A stretch of 64,000 bases of DNA from assembly GCA_032123755.1 (NCBI GenBank), contig JAQBES010000043.1, positions 17,238 through 81,237 on the forward strand, given 5' to 3'. The notes under the pieces were generated by a model that was not told where the DNA came from, ran no database searches, and worked only from the letters and a program-made list of their open reading frames with translations. Of this stretch, positions 9,522 through 20,867 are shown piece after piece (the stretch's first letter is position 1; every line of letters starts with the position of its first letter). The position numbers and the translations under genes are program-made. The stretch is from Nitrospirota bacterium. GTDB lineage: Bacteria; Nitrospirota; Nitrospiria; Nitrospirales; Nitrospiraceae.

Positions 9522-10493
9522 ATGGCCTTCCCAATACAGCGGCTCCGGCGACTGCGGCAGCATGAGGCCTTTCGTCGCATGGTACGGGAGACGAGCCTTG
9601 CCCCGTCTGATTTTATCTCTCCGCTGTTCGTCGTCGAAGGGCGAGACCGGCGAGAGGAGATCGCCTCGATGCCGGGCCAGTTCCGGCTCTCTGTCGATCT
9701 CTTGCTGAAAGAGGCAAGTGAGATCGCAGCTTTGGGGATTCCCGCCATCATCCTCTTTGGTATTCCTGATCGGAAAGACGATCGGGGGAGTGCAGGGTTT
9801 GATCCGAACGGCATCGTGCAGCGGGCTGTCAAAGCGGTGAAAGACCAGGTCCCGGGGCTGATGGTCGTGACCGACGTCTGTATCGACGAATACACCGATC
9901 ACGGCCATTGCGGAATCGTCAAGGACGGGCGCATTCTCAACGATGAAACGTTGGAGTGTCTCCGTGCGATGGCGAGGACCCATGCGCAAGCCGGGGCTGA
10001 CATGGTGGCCCCGTCCGATATGATGGATGGGCGGGTGGCGGCGATCCGGGCGGAGCTGGATCAAGCAGGTTTTCCAGAGCTGCCAATTATGGCCTATGCA
10101 GCCAAATTCGCGTCGAGCTTTTATGCACCGTTCCGGGATGCGGCATGTTCAAGCCCGCAATTCGGTGACAGACAATCCTATCAAATGGATCCGGCTAATC
10201 GGCGGGAAGCGCTTCGCGAGATTGCCCTCGATATTGAAGAGGGGGCCGACATCATCATGGTGAAACCGGCACTGCCGTATCTTGACATCATTGCCGCGGC
10301 CAGAGCGCAGATGTTGTTGCCGGTAGCGGCCTATCAAGTGAGCGGGGAGTACAGCATGATCAAGGCGGCCGCCAAAGCTGGCTGGCTCGACGAATCGCGG
10401 GCCATGATGGAATCCTTGCTCTCGATTAAGCGGGCCGGCGCAGATCTCATTTTGACCTATTTTGCCAAAGACGCAGCGCGTCTCCTCCGCTGA
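9522..10493 (+). CDS. hemB: Porphobilinogen synthase (delta-aminolevulinate dehydratase)
   Basis: [36 protein letters not shown]-like and IMVKPA (Schiff-base Lys) blocks. Confidence 0.95.
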   Translation: MAFPIQRLRRLRQHEAFRRMVRETSLAPSDFISPLFVVEGRDRREEIASMPGQFRLSVDLLLKEASEIAALGIPAIILFGIPDRKDDRGSAGFDPNGIVQRAVKAVKDQVPGLMVVTDVCIDEYTDHGHCGIVKDGRILNDETLECLRAMARTHAQAGADMVAPSDMMDGRVAAIRAELDQAGFPELPIMAYAAKFASSFYAPFRDAACSSPQFGDRQSYQMDPANRREALREIALDIEEGADIIMVKPALPYLDIIAAARAQMLLPVAAYQVSGEYSMIKAAAKAGWLDESRAMMESLLSIKRAGADLILTYFAKDAARLLR

Positions 10494-10498
10494 CGACC

Positions 10499-11443
10499 AT
10501 GCTGAAAGTCACGCGTGGGCTATCCGATGAGTGTCCACGTCCGTACCCGGTCGCCACGATCGGCAATTTCGATGGGCACCACCTGGGCCATCGAGTCCTG
10601 CTGCGGACGGTGGTCGAGACGGCCCGGAAGGCACAGGGGACCGCGCTCGTGCTGACCTTCGAGCCGCATCCGGTGAAAATTCTCGCGCCCCACGTCGATC
10701 TTCGTTTTCTTACCAGTCCGGAGGAAAAGCTTGCACACTTCGAAGCTGCGGGGATCGATGAAGTGGTCTTTCTGAACTTTACCCCCACCTTCGCAGCGAT
10801 GAGCCCAGATCAATTTGTCGAGGATATCCTGCATCGCTCTCTCACTCTGTCTGAACTGTTTGTGGGCAATCATTTTGCGTTCGGGCAGGGCCGGGCCGGG
10901 CATATCGATGACCTCGTGCGTCTCGGCGGGCAGTACGGTGTTCGCGTACATCCTGTGACTCCCGTGATGATTGAGGGGGACGTGGTGAGTTCAAGCAGGA
11001 TTCGCCAACTGATTCAGACAGGGAATATGGAGCGGGCTACCAGGTTGCTTGGACGCGTATACGGAATTCGAGGCGCCGTGGTACAGGGGATGCAGCAGGG
11101 GCAGGCGCTGGGCTGGCCTACTGCCAATTTGCGCGTCCCGGCTAATCGAGTCGTGCCGCCCGATGGAGTCTACGCCGCGCGGACTGTCCACGGTACTCAG
11201 ACCTATGATGCGATCGCGTATATTGGGACGAGGCCGACCTTTGGAGCGGGCGAGCGGCTGATCGAAGTCCATCTGTTGGATCAGACCAGTGATCTCTATG
11301 GCCAGGAGATCTCCGTGCAGTTTGTGGGACGGGTACGCGGCGACCACACCTTTGCCTCTGCCGACGACCTGTCGAAGCAAATTGCCCGTGATGTGGAGCA
11401 GGCGCGCATCAGTTTGCGACAAATTCCGCAGGGAGTTCAGTAA
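10499..11443 (+). CDS. ribF: Bifunctional riboflavin kinase / FAD synthetase
   Basis: ATIGNFDGHHLGH, SSSRIR, and in the C-terminal kinase domain GWPTANL and EVHLLD. Confidence 0.93.
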   Translation: MLKVTRGLSDECPRPYPVATIGNFDGHHLGHRVLLRTVVETARKAQGTALVLTFEPHPVKILAPHVDLRFLTSPEEKLAHFEAAGIDEVVFLNFTPTFAAMSPDQFVEDILHRSLTLSELFVGNHFAFGQGRAGHIDDLVRLGGQYGVRVHPVTPVMIEGDVVSSSRIRQLIQTGNMERATRLLGRVYGIRGAVVQGMQQGQALGWPTANLRVPANRVVPPDGVYAARTVHGTQTYDAIAYIGTRPTFGAGERLIEVHLLDQTSDLYGQEISVQFVGRVRGDHTFASADDLSKQIARDVEQARISLRQIPQGVQ

Positions 11444-11445
11444 CC

Positions 11446-12939
11446 ATGGCCACCATGGCCATGGAGAAGACGATCATGAGGCCGTCATCCAGGTCCGCCG
11501 CACGACCGGCGTTGTTGACCCATCTTGTTCGGACGGTGCGGCAGCAACAGCTGTTCGTTCCCGGTCATCACTTGTTGGTGGCGGTGTCGGGTGGGCCCGA
11601 CTCGGTCGCCTTGCTGTCTCTCCTCCATCGCCTGGCCCGATCCTGGCGGCTCACGCTAACAGTGGTCCATTGTAATTATGGGTTGCGCGGACCGGAATCC
11701 GACGGTGACGAATCGTTCGTCAATAATTTTTGTCGAGAACGACAGCTGGCTCTTGTCATTCATCGGCCCAAGCTGGTCAAGCGCCGACAGCGCTCATCGC
11801 TTCAAGCCTCGGCCCGCGACGCGCGCTATGACTTTATGAAGCAATTGGCGCACGAGGTAGGGGCTGACCGCATTGCGGTCGGTCATACCGCCAATGACCA
11901 GGCGGAAACGGTGCTTATGTGGCTGTTGCGTGGAGCGGGCCTGACCGGGTTAGCGGGGATGCCCTACGCCCGTGAAGACAGAATTATTCGTCCGCTCCTG
12001 GCCTCCACCCGTAAGGAAGTGTTGGCATACTTGGATTATGAAGGGCTGACCTATCGTCGTGATTCGAGCAATGAGAAGCAGCTCTTTCATCGCAATCGGA
12101 TCAGGAAGGAACTCCTTCCTGTCATCACGCAGTTGGCGCCGGCTGCCGTCCTTGTGTTGCAGCGGCAGGCAGATCTATTGCGCGCGGACGAACAATATCT
12201 GGAGCAAATTACAAGTTCACTGGTGCGTACACTCGTGAGTCAGGATTCTGGAGACGCGCAACGGCTTAACCGTCAGGCCTTCATCGAGCTGCCGGTTGCG
12301 CTTCAGCGGCGTCTCGTTCGGACGGTCCTGCGGACCTATGACGACGAGGGGCGCGCCAGCAGCGTTCGTGTGGTGGAGTCAGTTCGACGTGTCTTTCTCA
12401 AGGGACGGAGCGGGACCCGGCTGTCTTTGAAGCAGGCCCTTGTGACTCTGGATCAGGGGTCGGTGCGATTTAGCCCAGGTGTAGGAAGAAATCACAGGCA
12501 GGGGACTGATTCAGGACAGGGGAAGAGGGAGGCCCTGCCGCTTCCCCTGCCTTCCACGGTCTATTGGGCTGGAACGAACCAGCAAATTCAGGTACAACTC
12601 ATGACTCGTCGTGCTGCCGAGGAGATGGGTAGGGCTCCTTCTCAAGGATTAGCATTGTTTGATGCTGACCGGTTTTCGGAGCCCTTATTGATTCGAGCTT
12701 GGCAAGCCGGCGATCGATTCTCTCCCCATGGGATGAAGGGGAAGAGCAAGAAGCTGCAGGATTTCTTTATCGACAGGAAGGTTGCTCGACACGAACGTTG
12801 GCAGGTTCCATTATTGGTGGCGCCAGAGGGAATTCTTTGGGTGGTGGGAATGCGGGAGGATGAACGCTTCGTCGTTCGATCTGGGACGACACGTTGTTTG
12901 GTTGTCTTGGTGAGCAATAGGGCCTCAGAGAAGGAGTAA
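11446..12939 (+). CDS. tilS: tRNA(Ile)-lysidine synthase
   Basis: PP-loop motif LLVAVSGGPDSVALL, GHTANDQAET and RPLL. Confidence 0.9.
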   Translation: MATMAMEKTIMRPSSRSAARPALLTHLVRTVRQQQLFVPGHHLLVAVSGGPDSVALLSLLHRLARSWRLTLTVVHCNYGLRGPESDGDESFVNNFCRERQLALVIHRPKLVKRRQRSSLQASARDARYDFMKQLAHEVGADRIAVGHTANDQAETVLMWLLRGAGLTGLAGMPYAREDRIIRPLLASTRKEVLAYLDYEGLTYRRDSSNEKQLFHRNRIRKELLPVITQLAPAAVLVLQRQADLLRADEQYLEQITSSLVRTLVSQDSGDAQRLNRQAFIELPVALQRRLVRTVLRTYDDEGRASSVRVVESVRRVFLKGRSGTRLSLKQALVTLDQGSVRFSPGVGRNHRQGTDSGQGKREALPLPLPSTVYWAGTNQQIQVQLMTRRAAEEMGRAPSQGLALFDADRFSEPLLIRAWQAGDRFSPHGMKGKSKKLQDFFIDRKVARHERWQVPLLVAPEGILWVVGMREDERFVVRSGTTRCLVVLVSNRASEKE

Positions 12940-12945
12940 GGGAGC

Positions 12946-13485
12946 ATGGAACGGATCTTCGGTCGGCCGATCGTGACGCAGGAAGAAATGCGTGCCAGGA
13001 TTCGTGAGCTGGGCAAGCAGATCACGACCGACTATACAGGGAAGGATTTCGTCTTGGTGGGGGTCTTGAAGGGGGCCTATGCCTTCTATGCCGATTTGGC
13101 TCGCGCAATCAGAATTCCCATGCGAGTGGACTTTCTTATGGTGACGAGTGACGGGTCTCGGGCAAAAACATCCGGCAAGGTTAAAGTGGTGACCGAGCTG
13201 ACCGAGGACATCAAAGGTAAAGACGTCTTGTTGGTGGAAGACATCGTCGATTCCGGACTGACGGCCCAACACTTGATCAAGACCTTGGCGAAAAAGAAGC
13301 CCCGGTCAATTAAAGTCTGCACCTTGCTGAGTAAGCCAGATCGTCGGACCGTCAATGTCGTCATCGACTATGTGGGGTTCAAGATTCCGAATAAATATGT
13401 GGTCGGGTATGGGCTCGATTACCAGCAAAAGTACCGGAACCTTCCTTATCTGGCAGTCCTGGACATCGAGGAAGATCAAGAGTAA
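12946..13485 (+). CDS. hpt: Hypoxanthine phosphoribosyltransferase
   Basis: LVGVLKGA..F..DL, the PRPP motif VLLVEDIVDSGLT and GYGLDY...YRNLPY. Confidence 0.93.
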   Translation: MERIFGRPIVTQEEMRARIRELGKQITTDYTGKDFVLVGVLKGAYAFYADLARAIRIPMRVDFLMVTSDGSRAKTSGKVKVVTELTEDIKGKDVLLVEDIVDSGLTAQHLIKTLAKKKPRSIKVCTLLSKPDRRTVNVVIDYVGFKIPNKYVVGYGLDYQQKYRNLPYLAVLDIEEDQE

Positions 13486-13586
13486 GGCTGTGGTCACACG
13501 GTTGTCAGTATGAATGAACCTGTGGTAACATCAACCATGTTCGCGGTTTTTCTGACCGCTTGCGTGCCGTCCACAAGGAGATCTGG

Positions 13587-15398
13587 ATGAATTCCAGGAC
13601 AAAGAATATACTTTTCTGGGTCGTCGTCGGCCTTTTCATGATTTTGCTATTCAATCTCTTCAGCGTTCCACACCATGAGCCTGAAGAAGATGTGATTTTT
13701 AGTGAGTTCATGACCAAACTCGACAAGGGAGAGATCGAGCGGGTCATCATCAAAGCCAGCCACATCAGCGCCGTCTTGAAAGACAAGACCCGTATACGAA
13801 CCTACTCAGTGGAATATCCTGAACTGGTGCAGGTCTTGCGGGATCGGGGCGTGCAGATCGAGGCGAAGCCACCGGATGAAAGCCCTTGGTACATTACCTT
13901 CCTTGTGACCTGGGGGCCGTTTGTACTGTTCCTGGGATTGTGGTTCTTCTTGATGCGTCAAATGCAGATGGGGGGCAATAAGGCTATGTCCTTCGGGAAG
14001 AGCAAAGCTCGTCTGCTGACGGAGGAGCGCAAGAAGGTGATGTTCGCTGACGTTGCAGGTATCGAAGAAGCCAAGAACGAAGTGCTCGAGATCATCGAGT
14101 TTCTCAAGGATCCGCGCAAGTTCCAAAAGCTCGGCGGCCGCATTCCCAAGGGCGTCTTGATCGTGGGTCCTCCCGGTACAGGAAAAACGCTGCTGGCCAA
14201 GGCCATTGCCGGTGAGGCCAGTGTACCGTTCTTCAGTATCAGCGGATCGGATTTCGTGGAAATGTTTGTCGGCGTCGGAGCCTCTCGTGTTCGCGATCTT
14301 TTCGAGCAGGGGAAAAAACATGCCCCCTGTATTATCTTTATCGACGAAATCGATGCCGTTGGTCGGCTCCGTGGAGCAGGGTTGGGCGGAGGTCATGATG
14401 AGCGTGAACAGACGCTCAATCAATTGCTCGTCGAGATGGATGGATTTGATACGACAGAAGGTGTGATCTTGGTTGCTGCGACCAATCGACCGGATGTCCT
14501 CGACCCTGCCTTGCTCAGACCCGGGCGGTTTGATCGGCAAATCGTCGTCAATCGACCGGACTTGCGTGGCCGTGCTGAAATTCTCAAGGTGCACACGAAA
14601 AAAGTTCCAATTGCGGCGAACGTGGACCTGGACATAATTGCGCGCGGCACGCCGGGATTTTCAGGGGCTGACCTGGAAAACTTGGTCAACGAAGCGGCGC
14701 TCTGGGCCGCGAGACTAAACAAGAAAGAAGTGGAAGTGGTCGACTTCGAGATGGCCAAAGACAAAGTGCTGATGGGGGCTGAACGGAAGAGTCTGATCTT
14801 GAGCGATGAGGAGAAACGGACCACGGCCTATCATGAAGCTGGGCACGCGCTCATCGCTAAGCTGATTCCTGGAACGGATCCCGTGCACAAAGTAACCATT
14901 ATTCCTCGGGGTCGTGCCTTGGGTGTGACGATGCAGCTCCCCACCGATGACCGGCACAACTATTCGAAGGATTACTTATATAACCAGCTCGCCATCCTTA
15001 TGGGAGGGCGTGTGGCGGAAGAGTTGGTTTTGAATGACATGACGACCGGAGCGGGGAACGATCTCGAGCGGGCGACGGATCTTGCGAGGAAGATGGTCTG
15101 TGAATGGGGCATGAGTGAAAAGATGGGCCCCCTGACGTTCGGTAAAAAAGAAGAAGCGGTTTTTCTTGGGCGAGAGCTCGGGAGCCAGCGTGACTACAGC
15201 GATCAAATAGCCATGGAGATCGACAAGGAAGTCAAACGACTTGTAATGGAAAACTATGAGCGGGCGAAGCGGCTGCTTACGGAAAATATGGCCAGCCTGA
15301 AGGGTTTGGCGCAAGCACTTTTGGAAAAAGAAGTGCTCGATTCCGCTGATATTGATCAGATCATCATGCAGTCCACATCCCAAACGGTTCCTGCCTAA
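13587..15398 (+). CDS. ftsH: ATP-dependent zinc metalloprotease FtsH
   Basis: Two N-terminal TM segments, Walker [14 protein letters not shown], the SRH region and the zinc site HEAGHA. ATG 13587 follows the SD AAGGAG. Confidence 0.95.
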   Translation: MNSRTKNILFWVVVGLFMILLFNLFSVPHHEPEEDVIFSEFMTKLDKGEIERVIIKASHISAVLKDKTRIRTYSVEYPELVQVLRDRGVQIEAKPPDESPWYITFLVTWGPFVLFLGLWFFLMRQMQMGGNKAMSFGKSKARLLTEERKKVMFADVAGIEEAKNEVLEIIEFLKDPRKFQKLGGRIPKGVLIVGPPGTGKTLLAKAIAGEASVPFFSISGSDFVEMFVGVGASRVRDLFEQGKKHAPCIIFIDEIDAVGRLRGAGLGGGHDEREQTLNQLLVEMDGFDTTEGVILVAATNRPDVLDPALLRPGRFDRQIVVNRPDLRGRAEILKVHTKKVPIAANVDLDIIARGTPGFSGADLENLVNEAALWAARLNKKEVEVVDFEMAKDKVLMGAERKSLILSDEEKRTTAYHEAGHALIAKLIPGTDPVHKVTIIPRGRALGVTMQLPTDDRHNYSKDYLYNQLAILMGGRVAEELVLNDMTTGAGNDLERATDLARKMVCEWGMSEKMGPLTFGKKEEAVFLGRELGSQRDYSDQIAMEIDKEVKRLVMENYERAKRLLTENMASLKGLAQALLEKEVLDSADIDQIIMQSTSQTVPA

Positions 15399-15586
15399 AT
15401 TCTGCAGCGCTGATCCCGGGACGCCAGTAAGGGCATTGGAGTCCCGGGCAGTACATCTTGAAAGACGATAGGCGAGAAGGGAGTGCTTCTCGCGAGTGGG
15501 GTGTTGTGACGTGTACCCTAGGCGGCCACGATTGTTGGCGGTCTTGGGTTGCGTGGCAGATCCCTATCTATAAGGAGACGCCGTCG

Positions 15587-16468
15587 GTGTTAGAAACGAA
15601 GTCATTGACACGGCAGGCGAAGGATCGGCTGATCGAATTCTCCGACCGACCGTTAATTATGGGCATTGTGAATGTGACGCCGGATTCGTTCTTCGACGGT
15701 GGCCGCTATTTGGATGCAGCGGCCGCCGTGGCCCATGCCGTTCAGTTAGTTGAAGAAGGGGCGGATCTGTTGGATATCGGCGCAGAGTCTACGCGTCCCG
15801 GTGCTGAAGTTGTGGACGAGGTAGAAGAGTGTCGCCGTGCTATGTCCGTTGTGACCGCAGTGGCAAAAGCTGTCACCGTTCCGATTTCCATCGATACCTC
15901 AAAGGCTGTTGTTGCCCGCGCGGCCCTCGATGCGGGAGCGGTTCTCGTGAACGATGTGACGGCTTTACGAGGCGACCCTGCCATGGTCGATGTGGTCGCC
16001 AGAACGGGAGCCGGAATCGTCCTGATGCACATGCACGGTACGCCGCGCACGATGCAGCAGGCCCCCCGCTACGACGATGTGGTCGGCGAGATCTCTGAAT
16101 TTTTCGAGGAACGAATCAGTTTTGCGATGGCACATGGCATTGTACGAAGGCAAATCATTCTTGATCCAGGTATCGGATTTGGTAAGCTGCTGGTACATAA
16201 CCTTACGCTGCTAGCGCAATTGCGTCGTTTCGTGCAGTTTGAGTGTCCATTGCTGGTCGGTGTCTCACAGAAGGCGTTTCTTGGGCAGCTCGTGGACCGT
16301 TCGGTGCAGGAGCGTCAGTGGGGTACGGCTGCGGCGGTGGCGATAGCAGTGGATCGTGGGGCTGGAATCCTTCGCGTTCATGACGTAAGGGCCATGAAGG
16401 ATGTGGTTCAGGTGGCAGCGGCAATTAATCGACAGACGACCGTTTTCATGACAGCACAACATGCGTAA
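15587..16468 (+). CDS. folP: Dihydropteroate synthase
   Basis: [30 protein letters not shown] and DPGIGFGK. I prefer the GTG at 15587 (SD AAGGAG 8 nt upstream). The long ORF from 15458 adds a non-conserved Trp/Cys-rich extension. Confidence 0.88.
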   Translation: MLETKSLTRQAKDRLIEFSDRPLIMGIVNVTPDSFFDGGRYLDAAAAVAHAVQLVEEGADLLDIGAESTRPGAEVVDEVEECRRAMSVVTAVAKAVTVPISIDTSKAVVARAALDAGAVLVNDVTALRGDPAMVDVVARTGAGIVLMHMHGTPRTMQQAPRYDDVVGEISEFFEERISFAMAHGIVRRQIILDPGIGFGKLLVHNLTLLAQLRRFVQFECPLLVGVSQKAFLGQLVDRSVQERQWGTAAAVAIAVDRGAGILRVHDVRAMKDVVQVAAAINRQTTVFMTAQHA

Positions 16469-17810
16469 ATTGTTCGGTACTGATGGGGTCCGAGGGGTCG
16501 CCAACCTCGATCCGATGACCAGCGAAATGGCGATGCAGCTGGGGCGGGCCGCGGCGCATTTGTTCATGCGCCGGGCTGGACGCCATCAAATCGTGATCGG
16601 CAAAGATACCCGCATCTCCGGTTATATGTTGGAATCGGCGTTGACCTCTGGGATTTGCTCGATGGGTGTCGATGTCTTGCTGGTCGGTCCGATGCCGACG
16701 CCGGCGATTGCATTCTTGACGAGGAGTCTCCGTGCTGATGCCGGGGTGATGATCTCGGCATCGCACAATCCCTACCAGGATAACGGCATCAAGTTTTTTT
16801 CCAACGACGGGTTCAAGCTGCCCGATGAGATGGAAGCTCGTATTGAGGAACTCATTGTTTCAAACGGGATTGCCCATCTCCGGCCGACGGCCGATGCCAT
16901 TGGGAAAGCCTATCGAATCGACGATGCCGAGGGGCGTTATATCGAGTTCGTCAAGCGGTCTCTCCCGAAGGAGCTGGACTTCCAGGGGGTCAAAGTGGTG
17001 GTTGATTGTGCCAATGGTGCAGCCTACAAGGTCGCGCCAAAGGTGTTGCGCGAACTCGGGGCGAAGGTCGAAGTGATCGGTGGTGAGCCGGACGGGATGA
17101 ATATCAATGCCGGTTGTGGCGCGGTCCATCCTGAACTGCTGCAGAAGGCGGTCCGTGACCAGGGGGCCCATCTCGGAGTGGCGCTGGACGGGGATGCCGA
17201 TCGCGCCATTTTCGTCTGCGAACAGGGACGCGTCGTGGACGGCGATCATATTATGGCGATGTTGGCACTCGATCTTCATCGCCAGGGGCGGTTGGCCAAG
17301 CAGACGGTGGTGGGGACTGTCATGAGCAACTTCGGATTAGAGCTTGCCATGACAAAAGCCGGTATTACCCTTGAGAGGACTGCCGTCGGTGACAGATATT
17401 TGCTCGAACGGATGTCGGCCGATGGGTATAATTTCGGAGGAGAGCAGTCCGGCCATTTCATCTTCCTGGATCATAATACAACCGGTGACGGGTTGCTGTC
17501 GGCGTTGCAAGTCTTGTCGCTGATGAAGCGCACGGGAAAGCCCTTGTCCGAACTGGCCCAAGCCATGACGGCGGTGCCACAAGTATTACTGAATGTGAAC
17601 GTGACGAAGAAGCCGAACCTCGACACAGTTCCTGAACTGCAACGTGCGATCCGTGAAAGTGAGCAGAGCCTCAACGGCAGCGGGCGCGTGTTGGTGCGCT
17701 ACTCCGGGACCGAACCGCTCTTGCGGGTGATGGTCGAAGGTGAGTGCGATGACACGATCCGCGAAGTGGCCAAGCGACTAGTCGACGTCGTCAGGACTCA
17801 TTTGGGTTAG
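16461..17810 (+). CDS. glmM: Phosphoglucosamine mutase
   Basis: FGTDGVRG, the active-site [21 protein letters not shown] and GGEQSGH. Confidence 0.95.
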   Translation: MRKLFGTDGVRGVANLDPMTSEMAMQLGRAAAHLFMRRAGRHQIVIGKDTRISGYMLESALTSGICSMGVDVLLVGPMPTPAIAFLTRSLRADAGVMISASHNPYQDNGIKFFSNDGFKLPDEMEARIEELIVSNGIAHLRPTADAIGKAYRIDDAEGRYIEFVKRSLPKELDFQGVKVVVDCANGAAYKVAPKVLRELGAKVEVIGGEPDGMNINAGCGAVHPELLQKAVRDQGAHLGVALDGDADRAIFVCEQGRVVDGDHIMAMLALDLHRQGRLAKQTVVGTVMSNFGLELAMTKAGITLERTAVGDRYLLERMSADGYNFGGEQSGHFIFLDHNTTGDGLLSALQVLSLMKRTGKPLSELAQAMTAVPQVLLNVNVTKKPNLDTVPELQRAIRESEQSLNGSGRVLVRYSGTEPLLRVMVEGECDDTIREVAKRLVDVVRTHLG

Positions 17811-17838
17811 GGTCGTCGCCCCCCACTGAGGGTGGCCC

Positions 17839-20382
17839 ATGCTGCCGTCCCTTACCGTTGCCTTCATCACCGGGCTCCTCGTCGGATCACAGATTTCCTA
17901 TTTCCCTCTCTCACTCTCGTTCCTGCTTCTCGTTACCTTGCTAGGCGCCTTCGTCCTTGAACAACTCAATCGGGTCACTGTCCGCCAGGCAACTTGGCTC
18001 TACGGAGCACTCTTGGTGGGAGTTGTCTATTGGGCGGTGGTCGTCAATCTGGCTGCGCGTGCTCCGATGGTTGAGCACGCGTCCGATACGGTGATCGAGG
18101 TGACCGGTCGTATCGTGGCACCCGTGCAACAGGCGCCAGATCGACTGGTCATGATTATCAGGTCGGACGGTCCAATTGATACGTCGGGAGCGTCCAGACA
18201 AATTCGTCTGACCTGGCGCACACCGGAGCGAGTTTTCTTTCAAGGCGATCGGGTCGGCTTTCGGGCGACGTTGCGCCGTCCGAGCGGGTCCTTGAATCCC
18301 GGAGGATTCAACTATGCGATGTATCTTGAGCGGCAAGGGGTCGAAGCGATCGCCACGGTGACCGGATCCGAGGCGGTGCAGTTTCTTGAGTCCGGGCGAG
18401 CACACGTCTGGTGGGCAATCTGGAATCAATTCGATCGATGGAGGGTCAGTATCCGCCTTGCCGCGCTGCAAACCCTTTCCCAGCCCGCACTGGGACTCTA
18501 TGTGGGCATCATCATCGGTGATCGAGGGTATTTGGATCCAGATCTGCGGGATCAGTTCATGGTGACCGGGACGGTTCATCTGCTTTCTATTTCAGGGAGC
18601 CACTTGGGCCTCATGGCGCTGCTCATCTTTGCGGTGGTCAGATGGGCGATGATTCTGTTGCCTGCGAATTGGCTTCTTGCGTTGTCTCGGAGAATTACGC
18701 CGACTCGCATTGCCGCTGTCTGTACACTTTTCCCTGTCGCAGGCTACGCCTGCCTGGCCGGGGCGGAAGTGGCTACCATACGGTCGTTGCTGATGGTGAC
18801 TGTGGGGCTCAGTGCGATCTGGCTCGGGCAGGAACGCCGTCTGTTCCATGCCCTCTCTGCCGCCGCGGTGGGGATTTTGTTGCACGATCCGCAGGCCCTA
18901 TTCGACATCTCCTTTCAGCTCTCTTTTTTGTCCATCATTGCCATTGCCGGGTGGCTCTCCTGGCCGACCGATGCTGGAGTAGAGGCGCTGCCGAACGAGC
19001 CGTCGTTTCTGAGGACCTGCGCTCTATGGGGGAGAGATTCTGTGGCCATGAGCGGGGTGGTCACCGTGGTGACCCTTCCTGTTGTTGCGTACTATTTCAA
19101 TCAACTTCCCTGGCTCGGTCTTTTTACCAATGTAGTGGCCGTTCCCGTGATGGGGATTCTGCTGGTTCCGATCGGACTTGCTGCGGGAATCTGGCAGCTT
19201 GTGGTTGGGGGAACCATGCTGCCCCTGGCTTCGCTGAATCAGTGGTTTCTTGAACACTTTGTGGCTGCGGTCCGTCTAGTGTCGATGCTGCCGGGAGGGG
19301 AATGGCATATTGCGGCCCCTTCGGCTTTTACAATCGTGATGTTTTATGCCTGTCTCGTATTGATGTGGCGACGAGTGGGCGGCGTGGCATTCCGGTTGGC
19401 AGCAGGTGTCGGAGTGCTATTGCTCTTGCTGTGGTGGGCCTGGTCACCACGGATGTTTCTTGATGGGGATCACTTTCGAGTCACGTTTCTGGACGTTGGG
19501 CAAGGCGATAGCGCAGTCGTTGAACTGCCTGATGGACAGGTGGTGTTGATCGACGGAGGGGCGGCGTATGAACGATTCGATATGGGCCGTGGGGTGGTGT
19601 CTCCGTTTCTTTGGAACAGGGGAATTCATGCCATCGACCAGGTCATTGGCACACATCCCCAACTAGATCATGTCGGAGGTCTGGCCTGGGTGGTCCGCCA
19701 TTTCATCGTGAAGCGCTATTGGGGATCGGGAGAGACCCGCGAAGAACTGTTCTATCGACGATTACAGCAGGCATTGGCCGATCGAGGGGTACAAGAGCAG
19801 GTGGCCAGAGAAGGACAAGAGATCGTGTCGTCCGAGTCCTGTCGGATGGTGGTGCTCAACCCACCATCCGACAGGCACCGTGATGTGCCGCTCTACGATA
19901 ACCATGCGGGTGGGCATGTGTTGAATAATCGTTCAGTGGTGACGCTTCTAACTTGTGGCCTTCATACGATGCTGTTTGCGGCGGATGTCGAGCAAGATGG
20001 TTTGTCACGGATGATCCGCTCACCGGTTCATGGTCCGATTGAAGTCCTCAAGGTACCTCATCACGGGGCGGTGAGTTCGTTGAATCGCGAATGGTTGGCA
20101 TCGTTGCATCCCCAGTATGCCGTATTTTCCGTTGGCCGCCATAATCATTACAGACACCCGGCAGCGGAAGTACTCGATGCCTACGCGTCGGAAAACAGTA
20201 TGGTGTTACGAACCGACCGGGACGGCGGGGTGTGGTTTGCCGGAGCAGTCTCTGACGCAACGCTTCACGTGCATCGAGCGAGCGAGTTGTTGTGGCAGCC
20301 GACGAACAGAGCTTCGTGCCTGTGGGCCTGTGAACAGGCGAACTGGTCTCGGATTTGGAAACAATGGCGTGACCTTGATTGA
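17839..20382 (+). CDS. comEC: DNA internalization competence protein ComEC/Rec2 (with C-terminal metallo-beta-lactamase domain)
   Basis: Polytopic competence domain (SISGSHLG) followed by VTFLDVGQGDS and HPQLDHVGG (the MBL motif HxHxDH variant). 847 aa, which is typical. Confidence 0.88.
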   Translation: MLPSLTVAFITGLLVGSQISYFPLSLSFLLLVTLLGAFVLEQLNRVTVRQATWLYGALLVGVVYWAVVVNLAARAPMVEHASDTVIEVTGRIVAPVQQAPDRLVMIIRSDGPIDTSGASRQIRLTWRTPERVFFQGDRVGFRATLRRPSGSLNPGGFNYAMYLERQGVEAIATVTGSEAVQFLESGRAHVWWAIWNQFDRWRVSIRLAALQTLSQPALGLYVGIIIGDRGYLDPDLRDQFMVTGTVHLLSISGSHLGLMALLIFAVVRWAMILLPANWLLALSRRITPTRIAAVCTLFPVAGYACLAGAEVATIRSLLMVTVGLSAIWLGQERRLFHALSAAAVGILLHDPQALFDISFQLSFLSIIAIAGWLSWPTDAGVEALPNEPSFLRTCALWGRDSVAMSGVVTVVTLPVVAYYFNQLPWLGLFTNVVAVPVMGILLVPIGLAAGIWQLVVGGTMLPLASLNQWFLEHFVAAVRLVSMLPGGEWHIAAPSAFTIVMFYACLVLMWRRVGGVAFRLAAGVGVLLLLLWWAWSPRMFLDGDHFRVTFLDVGQGDSAVVELPDGQVVLIDGGAAYERFDMGRGVVSPFLWNRGIHAIDQVIGTHPQLDHVGGLAWVVRHFIVKRYWGSGETREELFYRRLQQALADRGVQEQVAREGQEIVSSESCRMVVLNPPSDRHRDVPLYDNHAGGHVLNNRSVVTLLTCGLHTMLFAADVEQDGLSRMIRSPVHGPIEVLKVPHHGAVSSLNREWLASLHPQYAVFSVGRHNHYRHPAAEVLDAYASENSMVLRTDRDGGVWFAGAVSDATLHVHRASELLWQPTNRASCLWACEQANWSRIWKQWRDLD

Positions 20383-20562
20383 TTACCACCATAGCCGCTG
20401 GGTGTTGACCTACGGCGCAGGATCACAGTCGCTGATTCTCAGGTCAGTCCAAGCGAATGGGAGAGTGCACATTTCACGTCTTGCCAGTCAAATTTTGTCT
20501 CTGCTTTCACCGCCAGTGAAGGTTTCGTAGCATAAGGCCTCAATTTTATTCATCCTTCATCA

Positions 20563-20574
20563 CTTGCTAGCAAG
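20563..20574. promoter_or_regulatory. Perfect 12-bp palindrome CTTGCTAGCAAG (candidate operator)
   Basis: Seen directly, 70 nt upstream of the RHH gene that opens the polysaccharide locus. The function is inferred only. Confidence 0.3.
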
Positions 20575-20644
20575 GCATAGCATGTGCAGTCTCCAATCGC
20601 GCTGGCGTAGTATTTGTGTGTCTAATTTTTAAGGGAGCTAGGGT

Positions 20645-20830
20645 ATGCCAAATCTCGTGCGAATCGTGATTCAGTTACCCCTCAATCTCAAAGCCCAGCT
20701 CGATAACCTGAAACAGCAGGGGTACACGACCAGTGGCTTCATCAGGGCCATGTTGGAACGGGAGTTTGCCAAAATGGAGGAGAAACCTGTAACGCCCCTT
20801 CCAGTTGGGAAACGAGTGAATAGCCGCTAG
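20645..20830 (+). CDS. Small ribbon-helix-helix (CopG/Arc-like) DNA-binding protein
   Basis: 61 aa. The N-terminal beta-strand-like VRIVIQLPLNLKAQLD is followed by two short helices (SGFIRAMLEREF), the typical RHH layout. SD AAGGGAG. Confidence 0.5.
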   Translation: MPNLVRIVIQLPLNLKAQLDNLKQQGYTTSGFIRAMLEREFAKMEEKPVTPLPVGKRVNSR

Positions 20831-20867
20831 TGATAGGGCTGATCATGAAAAAGAGGCTGGGGGGCCT

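Noticed and set aside
15415-15448. The hairpin CCCGGGAC-18 nt-GTCCCGGG after ftsH as a terminator.
   Set aside because: The 8-bp stem has a large loop and no downstream T-tract. It could be a processing or REP-like site, but the evidence is insufficient.
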